DNA of 64,000 nt, from NCBI RefSeq assembly GCF_009834535.1, contig NC_045696.1, forward strand, positions 13,270,001-13,334,000, written 5' to 3'. Below are positions 23,893 through 36,257 of the stretch, in pieces (positions within the stretch are counted from its first letter, which is position 1; every line of letters begins with the position of its first letter). The notes beneath the pieces are model-generated. The model did not search any database. It saw nothing but the letters and a program-made list of their open reading frames with translations, and had not been told where the DNA came from. The stretch comes from Camelus ferus (lineage: Eukaryota). Made by a program: the position numbers and the translations under genes.

Positions 23893-26800
23893 GGCAAACC
23901 AGTGAGATGCTGTATCACCTTAGGGTGAGGACTAACCAAACAACATGGCCTTACAGAGTCCCCACATTTTTTTGCCTGCCTGGTATATAACTGTTGTTGG
24001 AAAAAGCTAGAGGAGACCAGGGTGCTGAAGGGAGACCTAATCTTTGGAAAGCAAATGAGCAAAAGGTATAGATTCTCCATCTCTCCATATTTGGAAATAT
24101 TCTCACCTAACCTGGCATGGATGGACAAGTCAGTTCTCTAGGAGGGAAATACTATCAAATAACACCTCATTCCCTTCATTTCCTGAACTTCTTTCCTTAC
24201 ATAGTATTCACAGTTTCCTCTGCTACGATGCAAATATCTCACCCACAGCAGAGAGCTAGCAGGAATTTTCCTCTTAGTGTGAGTTAGCTGGTTTCTCTCT
24301 TTTCTGAGATGTGCCTCTTGAAATGATGAGGATTCTGATACGGATAGGAAGGCCAGCGTTTTGCCTTCATGAGCCCTACAAGGGAGCACAGGCTGGTGGG
24401 GGTGGATGCTTCTGACGGAGCCAAAGTGGTGGGAGAGGCGATGAGCACTCAGGAAGCTAAGAAGAGCAACCTGCAAATGAGCTGGGGTTTGGAAACAGGT
24501 TGTGCAAAATAGTGAGGATATTACCACGTACTCACAATCTAGAAATGCAGTAACTAGGACAACAGCTCCAGCAGGTCCAGTGAGGCCAGCACAGAGGCTG
24601 GCACATTGTGAATCCCAGTGAGTATTTGCCAGCTTTTGAAAGAGACAGGGGTAGGGAAAACAGGACTGTATGTGGAGTTGGAAAACAGACCTGGGTGATT
24701 CCACTGGTCATACAGGGTCACACAGGTCTCAGCTAAGAGGCCTTTTTGGGCTACATGTGCAAATTGAGGAATGTTAACAAATGGGTTCTGCCTTGAACAG
24801 GACACAATAAGGATTCTGCCTCTGTATTTCAGAATGTCTTTTGTTCTTCTTTTAGTGACTACAAATTGGCCAAACAGCAGGTAGCGTCAAGTAAATTCAA
24901 TTCTGTTTCCTGAAGGCTTTGTATATGTCACCTAATTTAATCAGCAAAGTAACATTATAAAGTATTATTATACAGATTTACACATGAGCAAGCAGGCTCA
25001 GACAGGTTAAATAACAGGTTATTTAGTTATTTAGGGGCATAGCAAGGACTGAAAATTAGGTTTCCTTTATCTGGAAAGATCTTGCTTTTTCTACCAAAGC
25101 CCACTGCTTCCTGTCCCTCATCACAGGGGTAGCAGTGGTCACGCAAGGTGGATGCTCAAGTTGGACACTCAAAATTGTCTTCTCCGTGGATCATGATTAT
25201 AAGAAGCACTTACATGTAAGATAAGGGTGCTGACTTAACTTCATGTTGTGAATGCATCTGAAGAGCTGGGAAGGCAGATAACAGAATGATGGAGAAGCAC
25301 CCATCTGAGAACGGACCACTCCATCACCCCAGTCTATCCAAAAGCCAATAGGTCGAATTAGCCCAAGTGCTGAGAGAAATTTATACATAGCGAAAAAGAA
25401 TGAAGTTGATTTTACAAAATCACTCCAGACTTCTACCAAGTTAATTAATACTTCAGTTGATGAAACCTCCTAGCCTTTTTAAAAAAAATCTCAAGATGTT
25501 TTAAATAATGAGTTTCACTATTTTTGAACTCTATTAACTCAGTCACAGGTTTCTTAACTAACTTGAATTTTATGCCTGTTTTTAAAGTTAATATTTTTCT
25601 TTTAATTAAAGCCATGGTTCTTAAGTCTGAAGTCAAAATTTTTGGATTTAGACAATGACTTATTTATTTTCAGGTTTGGATGTGTTTTGACATAATAGTG
25701 TTCTTTGAAGATGTTTTCAAGTGTACAGAGCTCTAAGAAATTCTTAATAGTTAAAATATTAAAGAGGAAAATGAGTAAGTAGATGGGAAGTAAAAATACA
25801 TATGTTAAACAAAACCCTGTGTTTTATATGCATGTGGACATCTATATATGTATGTGGCACAGACAAAAATATGACTATACAGGGCTACAGGTAAATTCAC
25901 TTCAGAGAATGGTGGATAATGCGTGTGATTTTGGAGAAAGCGATCCTATTGTAGTAAGGGTATTACTTAAATATTAATAGTGGTTAGTTTATGGTTATTT
26001 TTTGAAATAATATTGCTTTAGAATAATCTCTGTCTTTACTAATCATTCTTATTTCTTATTTATAGAGGCTTTCTTTGGACTTTTGCAGAATTATTTCAGG
26101 GCTACTTGGATGTTTTTCATTTAACATCTTGAGTCCTAGTAGAAACTAAATTCATATTTATTTAGTACATTAATTCCTTTATTAAATACATGTTTATTGA
26201 AGGCCTGCTTTGTGCAAGCCCTTTCCTGGTGCTGAGGATAGAGCCAAGCACAACAAGACAAGGTTTATAACTTCATGAAGTTTACATTTTCATAGGAAAA
26301 GGCATAAACAAACAAGTCTAAATACAACACATTAAATCATAAGGGCCACAAAGAAAAGTGAAGCAGGTTAGGGGAGAGGGGATAACAGGGGAGTGGTTCA
26401 TAGAAGGCCTCTCCAGTGAGGCAGCATTTGAGCAAACCTGAATAGGGGAAGGTTCTAGGAATTGGAAGCAGCAAATGCTAGAGAGGCAAGAACAAAAGAA
26501 ATGCAGGACCTGAGCTATATATACACATACCTATAATAGACCCAGTAGGATTGAAACCAGAGGGCTTTTCATCTTTAAGGCAGAGAAGAAAGAGTTTGAA
26601 GACAGAGGCAATTTGAGTGCAGATTTGTTATCCCTAGTCCCGGGCTTGGAGACTCGGGGTGTGCTCTCCCAACTCAATGATCAGTCCATCGGGTGCCCTT
26701 CTACCTGCCCTTTAACCTTTCTGTGACTCTGTTTCTACACCCCCAAATCAGCCACCTTCGACTAGATGCCAAAAGGAAACAGTGAACTGCAAAATGGACT

Positions 26801-27008
26801 CTTTGGATAAATACAGGTCAGCATTATGTTCCACGGGATCAGTTTCAAAGCTCTGTCTGCATGACTATGGGAGCCAACGTCACGTGGGCACTGAGAGCTA
26901 CCGCTTACTTTGGACCCATATTGTTGTGACCTGCCCGAGCTGCTCTGCTCACTTACAGCGCCTGGCGAACTGCCCTCCTCGAAGTCCCCATCTTCCTTCC
27001 TGTAGTTT

Positions 27009-27073
27009 AATAATAATGATGATGATGATGATAATTAATAATAATAATAATAGTAATAATAATAACAGCAACA
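27009..27073. repeat. Compound trinucleotide microsatellite (AAT)n/(GAT)n/(AAC)
   Basis: AATAATAATGATGATGATGATGATAATTAATAATAATAATAATAGTAATAATAATAACAGCAAC. Confidence 0.9.
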
Positions 27074-27491
27074 GTCATAGCAGAAACCCCGCGGGTCGGG
27101 TGAGAAGACAGTAATAGATTCTAGACCAGAATGGGGTCTCGTCCATCCACAGGGACTCGGCTCTGCCATGCTCCCTGCTGTTTGCCATGCTTCATGCCAG
27201 GCCTGACTGGGTGTGAGTGGCATGGCCTGTCCCCCTCGTTCAGTGGTTTCCCTCGTCTTAGTCCTTGTGTACAAACTGTTCTGTCACCTCAGTATAACTG
27301 AAGAGAACAGACACACTTTTTTCTTGGTAAGTTAATCCATACTTGTGATGAATGTTTAATGTTTGGTATGATCCACAGTCTGTTGATATAGCTCCAAACT
27401 ATAACTCTTTTAGTGAAACATATCAAACCATATTTGAGCACAATGGAATTAGAAATCCAGAAGGAAGAAGAGAAAAACCAACATATTAGCA

Positions 27492-27586
27492 TCTCTCTCT
27501 ATCTGTCTCTCTCTTTCCCCCTCTTTCCCTCCCTCCCTCCCTCCTTCTCTTTCTCTTTCTTTCTTTCCCTTTCCTTCTTCCCTTTC
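27492..27586. repeat. CT-rich polypyrimidine low-complexity tract
   Basis: TCTCTCTCTATCTGTCTCTCTCTTTCCCCCTCTTTCCCTCCCTCCCTCC... Confidence 0.85.
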
Positions 27587-28802
27587 AGAAGCCTCGTGTT
27601 TCCCTGGATATTCTCCACTTATGCTTATTCAAAGCAACGTTTCCAATCATCCCAAGGCTCATTTGTACAAAAATGTTTTCCATCAGTATCACTCAGATCG
27701 CTTTGTATATTTTAGGAGATATTTCAGGTTTAAAAAACAGTCAGGGACCTTGAACATAGGATCATCCAGAACCACTTAGTTTATTCATTTCTTTCTTTCT
27801 TTCTTTTTTTTTTTTTCACTTGTTCCTCATTTTAAAAAAAGGTAGAAAAAGAAAAGGAATCCCAAGTTTATTTCTCTGTGAGATGATACCTTTCAGTTAT
27901 CGGTAAATTGCATCTTAAAAGCAAGTGTGCTTCTCCCGATGTTGGGAACAGAGAATGAAACACTATGCCAATTTAAAACGCTATTACCTGCCCACACTCC
28001 CAATATCTTTTCCCTTGGATGACACTGTTCCTGACACAGAAATCTTTTTTTTTTTATTTCCTGCAATTTTCTTCCATCACACAGGGAGCTTCATTAGAGA
28101 AGTAAAGCAAAGGTGGGTGCGTTTGACAACAAGAGACAAATGATGTTACTGGGACGCTCTGTGATGAGGCAGTTTGCAATGTATCTGTTCAGCAGAGCAC
28201 CTCTCTCTCCTCAGGAGGCAGCCTTGGCATCTGCTTTGTGAGCAACATACGGTTGGTGTGAAGCACTGTCAGCGTCTGCAAAGGTGTGCCTCCAGGTACC
28301 CAGGACAGGAAGAATGTGAGTGCGCTGCCTGTATGGGAATTTGGACCTTTCTGCATGTGCTTCTAGCTGGCTGAAAGGTGGCAGAAGCGAGGAAGGCACA
28401 CTGGTTCTGCAGAACTTTCATAGGCAACAGTGCTTTCCCTTAACACTCCTTCCTACCCAAGGCCACATTCCCAGGGGGAACCCTCTCCCTACTTACCCTT
28501 GCTTTGGTTTCTGCTTTGTCTCCATTTGGCTGACAGTAGTGGCTACTCATGTTAACTGTTTGTTTTGTTTCGTTTTGTTGTTTTTATCTGAGTCCATTAC
28601 TGTCAGGAAGCTGAAAATAGCAGTTTTTGATAGTAGCCATGCACAGGCTTTCAAAATACATAAAACCTTTCCTTCTTCTCTCATACAAGTCGAGGCGCAG
28701 GTTGTAACACTTTTTCCTCGCACTATAGAAGGCATACGAGATTCTTAACCTAACCTCTAAGAAAGTCAATCTCTCAGATGATTTTATTTTAAAACTACTT
28801 AC

Positions 28803-28976
28803 TGTCATCATGCCATCCAAAAGGCCAGTCTCGGGCCTGGGTGGGGCCTGCAGTCTCTCCATGGACCACTTCTCAATGATGGATGACACGTAGGGGTTGT
28901 CAATATTAAGCAGCCGAAACCCAGTCATATTAACACCACTGTACCTATAGAGTTCCAGATCTAAAGCAAATAAGTC
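28803..28976 (-). CDS. GRIK1: GluK1 coding exon (exon 6, 174 bp): [58 protein letters not shown]
   Basis: Acceptor ACTGCGCAG|GACTTA and donor ATGACA|GTAAGT. Phase 0-0; contains sequon NMT. Confidence 0.98.
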
Positions 28977-31338
28977 CTGCGCAGTATTAAAAATGATAAA
29001 AGTAGAAAGAGTTAACATTTTCAGTGCTCTTTACGCAAAAGAGAACTAATAATGGTAGAAGCAACAAATAGATTGAAACAGAAATGGCAGCCACCATCAC
29101 ATACGGTCTCTATAAAAGAACATTTTCCATTGCTTTCATTTGCATGCTGCCTGACAAATTCTAAGGCAGTGATCAGTTTCCATTTTCATCCTTTTTTTGC
29201 AATACTGTTAGAGTTTGTATAAACCAAGAACAGGAATTTAGCTGCCAATAATTAGTATGCCCTTGAGCACAGTACGTGACATTCTGAGAAGCCAGAGAAT
29301 TCTGTGTCTAGGGGAGTTGGGAGGGATTTTTGTGTCCATTTGGTTCATTGCCATTATTTTCTAGATGAGGAAACTGGGATTCTGAGTGGTGATGTGACTG
29401 TCGTGAGAATGATTCACTTATCAGTGGCAATACAACCTTTCTCCATCATATCTTGCTGCCCCAGGCTGCTTTGAGTCTTGCAAAGACTTTGGAACTTGCA
29501 TATTCATTTGACGGGAAGATCACTCTCAGAAGAAAAGAAAAAAACCACTCCCTGGCTCACTGAAAATAACTCATGTCCCATACAATGAGGGCATGAAGAA
29601 TGCTCACTGGACATAAGCTCAGAGTAAGAACCTCACGGTTCTCAGAGAATAAACTGCAGCCTATAGTTGTGTGGACATGAGTATCTTAAAAGTAGAATTT
29701 GTCCCCTTCTAGAAAATATTGCAGGAGGGAAAATACAAAAACCTTTAACCCACTGCAGTGTTTCCCATTACAAATGAGGCTGAGTATAAACCAGAAATTT
29801 ATGTTGGCTCACATTTAAAATAGATGTATGTGATAATTTCAACTTTTCTCCTATAAAGAAAGGTTAGATTCTAAAAGATGTTATTAAACATTTCTCACAT
29901 TTAACAATAAATCAAACTTTCAAAATAGCATTTCACTGGAGATAAAAGAAAAAAAAAAACTTCGGTAAAAATTTCCTAACAATGTAAATGCTTTATGCAA
30001 GTACAATACGAGACATCATCAGTACACCATCAGTAATGACAGTGGTTGCTAAAGAGAAGTAGCTTCGGAAACACTCCATGATTTGATTGTGCAGAAGATG
30101 CATACACGTTTATTCTTTCGAATAACTCTTTCCTACATCACTACTTCTTCCCAAGATAATTTTGGATTAGACTGTAGAACTAAAAGAGCATAGCTTTTAA
30201 TTCCTGGCTCATATAAGAAAAAGTACAGTGCCTTTTAAAGAGTTATATTTTTTCCTCGCACTAAGTAACTATTTTTTTTCTTCTTTAAGTTTTATTAATA
30301 GTCATGAGCAAAAATGGGAAGAATATAAAAGCAAAGCATGGCAGAATGCAGATAAAACCAAAGGAAATTGCTTAAAGAATCAAATTTAAGAATAAGACCC
30401 AAGAAAGAATGATTCCTTTAAAACACACAGTGAATAGAAGGAAAATAACTCAAGCTGCAGGGGTTCAGACAGAAACTTACAGGAGGTAAAGTGAATCGTT
30501 TATGAATTCAACAGCACATAAATACAATGTGCTAAAATGAACATGTCAAACATGTTCAAAATTAGCTTGACCCCCAAATTGAGGTTTCTATGTAATACAG
30601 AATGAGGAAAGTTCAAGGTCCAGTTTTCAACATCTCCTTGTTTCAGAAAATGAAGAAAGAAAGGGTATGAGGGCAACTGGTTTGTCCTTCCATTGAAGAC
30701 TAGCCTTCTTAGGTTTCATTGTTCATACTCTTTCTCAAATTTCAACAAACCCCAGATCTTAAGGGTGTGTACACCAGGAGGTGAGAGAAAGCTTTGAGGC
30801 AGATGGCCATGTCACTTTGAGGAAGACCTACGTGTTCATGGTGATGGGGAAGGACCATATTTGTGAGCAGAGCGAGACACTTCCCAGTTGCCAGGGTTTC
30901 CCTCGACTGTTCTGACAGAGGACCTGAGCAGGATGTCAATGAGGGGACCACAGAAGCTGTAGTTCAGGAACTTCTGCCCTGCCCTGCATCCTTCCTCCAA
31001 GCTCAGGAACAGTGATGATTCTGACAACTGCCCCAAAGCATTTGTCTCATGATGTCCTCTGCAGCTTTTCATGTTCTCAGGGATTCTTGAGTCAGGAATG
31101 GAATTTATTGCTTCTAGAAGTATGTGTATAATACATGCCTGGTCCTTGTTTCAAATTCTGTGATTTTCCTACTTCACCAGCCTGCTTTGTGAGTTTTACT
31201 TGGTAACATGGTACTTTTACTGAATCTCCCCAATCTGGGCAGATTTTAGTCAACACAGTTTTACAGATTATAAATGGAGGTTGGTTCTGTGTTTCCTTCT
31301 CGTATGAGAGTGGAGTATGTGTGTTGGGAGGGGTGCAG

Positions 31339-31342
31339 TGTG

Positions 31343-31388
<46 letters not shown>
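31339..31388. repeat. (TG)5 CG (TG)19 microsatellite
   Basis: Read directly from the sequence. Confidence 0.95.
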
Positions 31389-31389
<1 letters not shown>

Positions 31390-31791
31390 TTGAGAGCTAT
31401 CACATCATTTTGATGTGTTAAATGCCTAAATTGTTCTCCCTTGATCTGATAATCTCTCAAAATTTAAGGTATTATAGTTTCAAATTTCTCAGGCTTAGAG
31501 CCATGATTTTTCTTATGAAGAAGAAAGTTAAATGTACAAAGCATCTCCCAAGCTCCTCTCCTTGGTGGTCTTCAAAACATCTGACAGGTGACCCCTGGCT
31601 AGCCCAGCTGTCTACTGGATACAGACAGGGAAATCACATCAGATCAAAGAGTGCCAAGATATACTTTGGTGTGCCCTCTAACATATATAGAGGATGTATA
31701 TAATTCTTCTTTATTAATAGTTTGTACTTTGGCAGTTTGTATTTAATGGAAGTTTTAATTCCTTTCTGGATGCACATATATTGATGCTAGT

Positions 31792-31820
31792 GAGGAAGGA
31801 AAGAAGGAAGGAAGGAAGGA

Positions 31821-31872
<52 letters not shown>

Positions 31873-31992
31873 AAGAAAGAAAGAAGAGAAAGAAAAAAGA
31901 GAAAGAAAGAAAGAAAAGGAAGGAAGAAAGAAAAGGAAGGAAGGAAGAAAAAGAAAGGAAGGAAGAAAGAAAGGAAGAAAGGGAAGGAAAGA
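31792..31992. repeat. 201-bp pure-purine compound repeat (GGAA/GAAA/GA)
   Basis: No pyrimidine on the + strand across the whole interval. Confidence 0.95.
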
Positions 31993-32139
31993 TCTGCTAT
32001 TAAGCATTTCTGGATTTAGAGGATTCTTAGGAAAGTAGAGCAGATCTCCATGACAATAGCTTTGACACTGGCAGGCTGACTTTGAAATAATTGAAGATTT
32101 CTTTATAGTGTGGAATACATTTCAACAGGAAATGCTTAC

Positions 32140-32193
32140 CAGGGTTGTGAAAAAGTAGTGATAGTACTCAGTCATCATGCCCATGAACAGGAT
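32140..32193 (-). CDS. GRIK1: GluK1 coding exon (exon 5, 54 bp): ILFMGMMTEYYHYFFTTL
   Basis: Too short for the ORF track, so read by hand. Acceptor TCTTTCACAG|ATCCTG and donor ACCCTG|GTAAGC. Bridges ...EILKQ to DLFALD... in frame. Confidence 0.97.
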
Positions 32194-33164
32194 CTGTGAA
32201 AGACAGACAAAGGAAAAGAGTCAGAAACAGAATTATAATAAGAAATAGACAGTTAATAGTTCACTGCAATAGGGATATAGAAAAGGAAGGGGCTTTGGAA
32301 ATTCATAGACTCAGTAGATCAGAAATCTGAGACAAGTCTGTGATTGATGTGGAGCTAGGTCCCAGGCCACTAACCTCCATCCAATGCTCTTTCATTATGC
32401 TATGTTTGACCTTCATGGAAGTCTGATGTTCAAATTTAAAAAAATTAAAAATGCTCAACCAATTTTATATCTGGAATTATCCATAACAGTACAGAGTTCT
32501 GCCTTCCCTCTGCCTAGGCTTCTGAGTAATCCCATGCTTAGATATATATATTATTGATCTCCTTAACACCTCAGAGTACTTAACACCTCAGAGTAAAACT
32601 CATTAGGTGTTGAACTGGCAATACTGATATGTAGATATATTTAAATGAGGGTTTATAAATATGTATATCTCTTAAACCCTTCTCTCTACCCTCTTCCCAT
32701 TTTATCCCATAGAACGAGTGGAGAAAAAGAGGATTGCCTACAGATAGAAGGCTGGGGACTATTTTTATACATACTCATCTGCCTCTTAATTCTGATTCGG
32801 TTACCTAATTGGGATCTTGATAGTTTCAAACATTGTGCAGATTGTTTTTATTTGGTTGGAAAGGGCAAAAAGGACGTAGACAGAAAGGACGTGTGTTCTG
32901 GGTAGAAGCAGTTTCTTAAACTGTGATCTTACTTTTGGATTCCTGGAAATGGTGTTCACTGAGAAGAAACAGTGGCAAACGTTTTGTAGATAAGATATTA
33001 TCATTAATTTTTTTAAATCAAGAGTATCACCTTCCTTGAGGCAGGTCACCAAAGGAGTACTTGGGTCCTGATTTTTTTTTTTTTTTTTTTTTTGGTATTT
33101 GCATAGAAGTGAATGGAGAAGACTCAGAAATCAAATTTTCAAGACAGTTTTCCCCCTAACTCTG

Positions 33165-33310
33165 ACAAATTCTGGATGCAAATGAGAATCCCCTCTGGAA
33201 GTTTTAAAATCAGATATTCTGGACTCCATCCCAGAGGTATCCTGAATTAGAATTTCTGAGAGTGGAGTCTGGGTTTCTGTATTTCACAGCAATGGATGAG
33301 AAACACTGCT
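33165..33310. mobile_element. MER5-like hAT relic
   Basis: AAAATCAGATATTCTGGACTCCATCCCAGAGGTATCCTGAATTAGAATTTCTG...TGAGAAACACTG. Confidence 0.55.
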
Positions 33311-35804
33311 CTGTGGAAAACATGTCCATTTGCATTAAGGAACAAGGACTTTTGTAACTTCGGTTCAAGAGATTAATTGAAAACATCTTTGGAAAAGCAA
33401 CACAAGTTATCAGAGGTTTTATAAGGTGCTTAAGATATGTAAACTAGCATGATCTTACATGAAAGGGGATAAAAAATGAGAGGGTATTCAGAGATGGCAT
33501 GTAACATGCATGAGCATGGATCTGACGCTTCTTCTGGCCTCTCTCCTAATATGGAAACCAGAGGAATATTCAGCAAAATTCTAATGTCAGGAAGGTAAGA
33601 CAAATGACAGGAAGGTCCCTCCGTGAATCATAAGGTCCCAGCGTGTAAGTCGCTTCTATGGTGATAACAAGACCAGACACACAAAAGGATTTTTAAAAGG
33701 GTAGAACTGCTTCAGGGCCATCAACAACATTTAAAGTCAGGCATGGTGGGGTCTTGTTAGAGGGTCTCTTAAATCACTGGAGCACAAAAAGGTAACCTGC
33801 TGGGGCCAGTCAGGAATTCAATTTTTCACTTTGTTCATTAATGTAATTGCAGCCAAGACTACCGCTTGAAAAGGAACTGGGCAAGTTTTATGTCAAGATA
33901 TAGGCTTGGACACTGAGGTTTCAAATACTGTTTCTGAACCTGAAAAAACACAAAGTCATCTGAATTTTCAGCTTTTCAAATGGGTTGGTTTTTCTTTTTA
34001 AATTTTATTATTTGGTCACCAAATAAGGGCATGGGCTCTTTTTTTAATTGAAGTGCAGTCAATTACAATGTGTGGCATAGGCCTTTTTAAAAGCAACTTT
34101 CAACTAATTTTTTTTTTTTAATTCTTGGAAGCAGATATTCATTTGCTATGTCTCTTATTTATGTTAGAAAAGAGTTATGTAGATGCAGGGAATAAACAGC
34201 TAATGGACTTGCTTTAATTGTAGAAAGAATCCTTGGGTCCTCTAGGTACACTTTTTACGTGATACACTAGAAAAATCCCCATTCTTGACTGTCCTACCGA
34301 GTGCTTGGGTCAGTGTCTGATGGTTCTTCCCTTGAATTTCTGAGAAATGGACATTAAGAAACAAGTATAGCCATGGATTGTTGAGCTGTCAACTTTGTGG
34401 ACTGTCTAGGACACAGGTGAGTGAGAAGCTTTCAGATAGGAATAAAGCCAACAGTACCAAAGGTGGTGCTTTTTAAACCACTGTCCCCATAATGGTTTCT
34501 AGACTGGTTGGGACTGGCTACTCTCTTGTCTAATAGCCGTACACTTTATAGCATTCACACAACGATTTTCTCTCTGCATGTTGGTATTTCAACTAAAAGT
34601 CATTAAGAGATTACAAAAATGTCACATCAAGATAAATGTCAGGTTTTCAAATAAAAAGTGTAATCATGATGGGGCTTTTAAAATGGTTCTTTGCAAAACT
34701 GACTTTTTCCTAACCAACACTACCGTCTTTGAATTTTGTGTCTGTACTTTGATGGGTTGACCAGGAGGTGCTGGCCTAGGCAGTGTACACTTTACCAAAA
34801 CACGATTGCTCAGGGTTAGTTTTGTCTCTATTTAAATCATTTTTAATGGTGCAAAACACATCACATCGTACACACGAATTATGAATGTGACTGTCAATAC
34901 TATTTGTATTAATGGCATATTCTCCTTAATTCCTTCCACTAATATGTTCTTTTAATAATGGTTGTCCCCTAAAGGAATTATTCTTACTAAAAAACCCTTA
35001 GAAATCATATAATTCAGTTAGATTGATAGACCATTAATATCTAGCCTTTTCAGTAACATTTTGTATCTGTAAGAGGGACGTATTGAGTACTATCAGTCTT
35101 CTTGATTTTGGAAGACCCATTGTATGAACACCATTAGGGTCACTGCCAGTTTCGCAACTTGAAGGACACATGATTCAATTGCATTTCTTGGTTTCTTGGT
35201 CTTGGGTGTGGGGAAGGGGCTGATTTTGGCCAAGGAAGTGGGAAAGATACTGACATGTGTCACCCTCAAGAGGTCTCACTCACCTTGACAGGTGACTGGC
35301 ATGGTTATCAGTGCCAGACAAATTTTTTTTTTCCTGAATAAATACACTTTTCTTTTTTCATGAATACTGAAAGTTATGTAAGTTCCCTTGTTTATGCCTT
35401 TGTTTTGATTGCTAGGGACTTTAGGGTCAAAACTGTGGCTCTTCCATGAGCAACTAGTCAGGAACATAGGTAAGTATTTTATATGCTAACGTCATTCAGC
35501 TTTATGTTTTTTAATCTAATTTTCCCCTTGGTATCAAATCTTCTCCTTAAAAAAAATTTATAACTTTATTCCAAACATATTTTTCTAGGATGCTTTAATG
35601 CTTTGTATAATAAAGATCTAAATAAATAATCATGGTTGGGAGAACTGAGTAATTTTTTCTCACAAAGAGAAATGAACTATTCAGATCTGATGTAGCTGGA
35701 TTGGGTCAGAGTAACAAAAAAGGCCTCTAACAAAACACCATTCCTGATTAATCATACTCTATGTCCTGCAGAATCAATCATTAGGACTCAAAAGTTCTCA
35801 TAGA

Positions 35805-36257
35805 TGGGAATGGTTAATTTTGCGTGTCAACCTGACTGGGCCAAGGAGTGCCCAGACTGAACATTACTGGAGGGTGTTTCCAGATGAGATAAGCTTTTGA
35901 GAAAGCAGATGACCCTCCTCAATGGGGTGAGTATCATCCCATCCACTTAGGGCCTGAATAGAACAAAAAGGCAGAGGAAGAAGGAATTCACCCCTTTTGC
36001 TTCCTGCCTGCCTGCCTGAGCTGGGACATTGCATTCTCCTGCCCTTAAATTGAGACTTTTCACCATTGACTCTTCTGGTTTTCAGCCCCACAGTTTCAGA
36101 CTATAATTACACCACACTTTCCTGGGTCTTTGGGCTTGCAGATGGCTGGTTGTGGGCCTTTTCAGTCTCCATAGTCATATGAACCAATTCCTCATGATAA
36201 ATCTCTTCGTATGTATTTCCTATGGTTCTATTTCTCTGGAGAACTCTGGCTAGCACA
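35805..36257 (+). mobile_element. MLT2-type ERVL solo LTR
   Basis: Starts ATGGTTAATTTTGCGTGTCAACCTGACTGGGCCAAGG and ends CCTATGGTTCTATTTCTCTGGAGAACTCTGGCTAGCACA. Confidence 0.85.

Noticed and set aside
24138..24704. 188-aa ORF, the longest in the track
   Set aside because: Non-ATG start, no recognisable family, and no place in the exon 6-7 frame, which already joins seamlessly.
28584..28802. 72-codon read-through after exon 6
   Set aside because: The donor is a canonical GTAAGT and the peptide has no evident features.
31714..32038. KERK-rich and FLSF-rich ORFs
   Set aside because: Translations of the GAAA/GGAA repeat.
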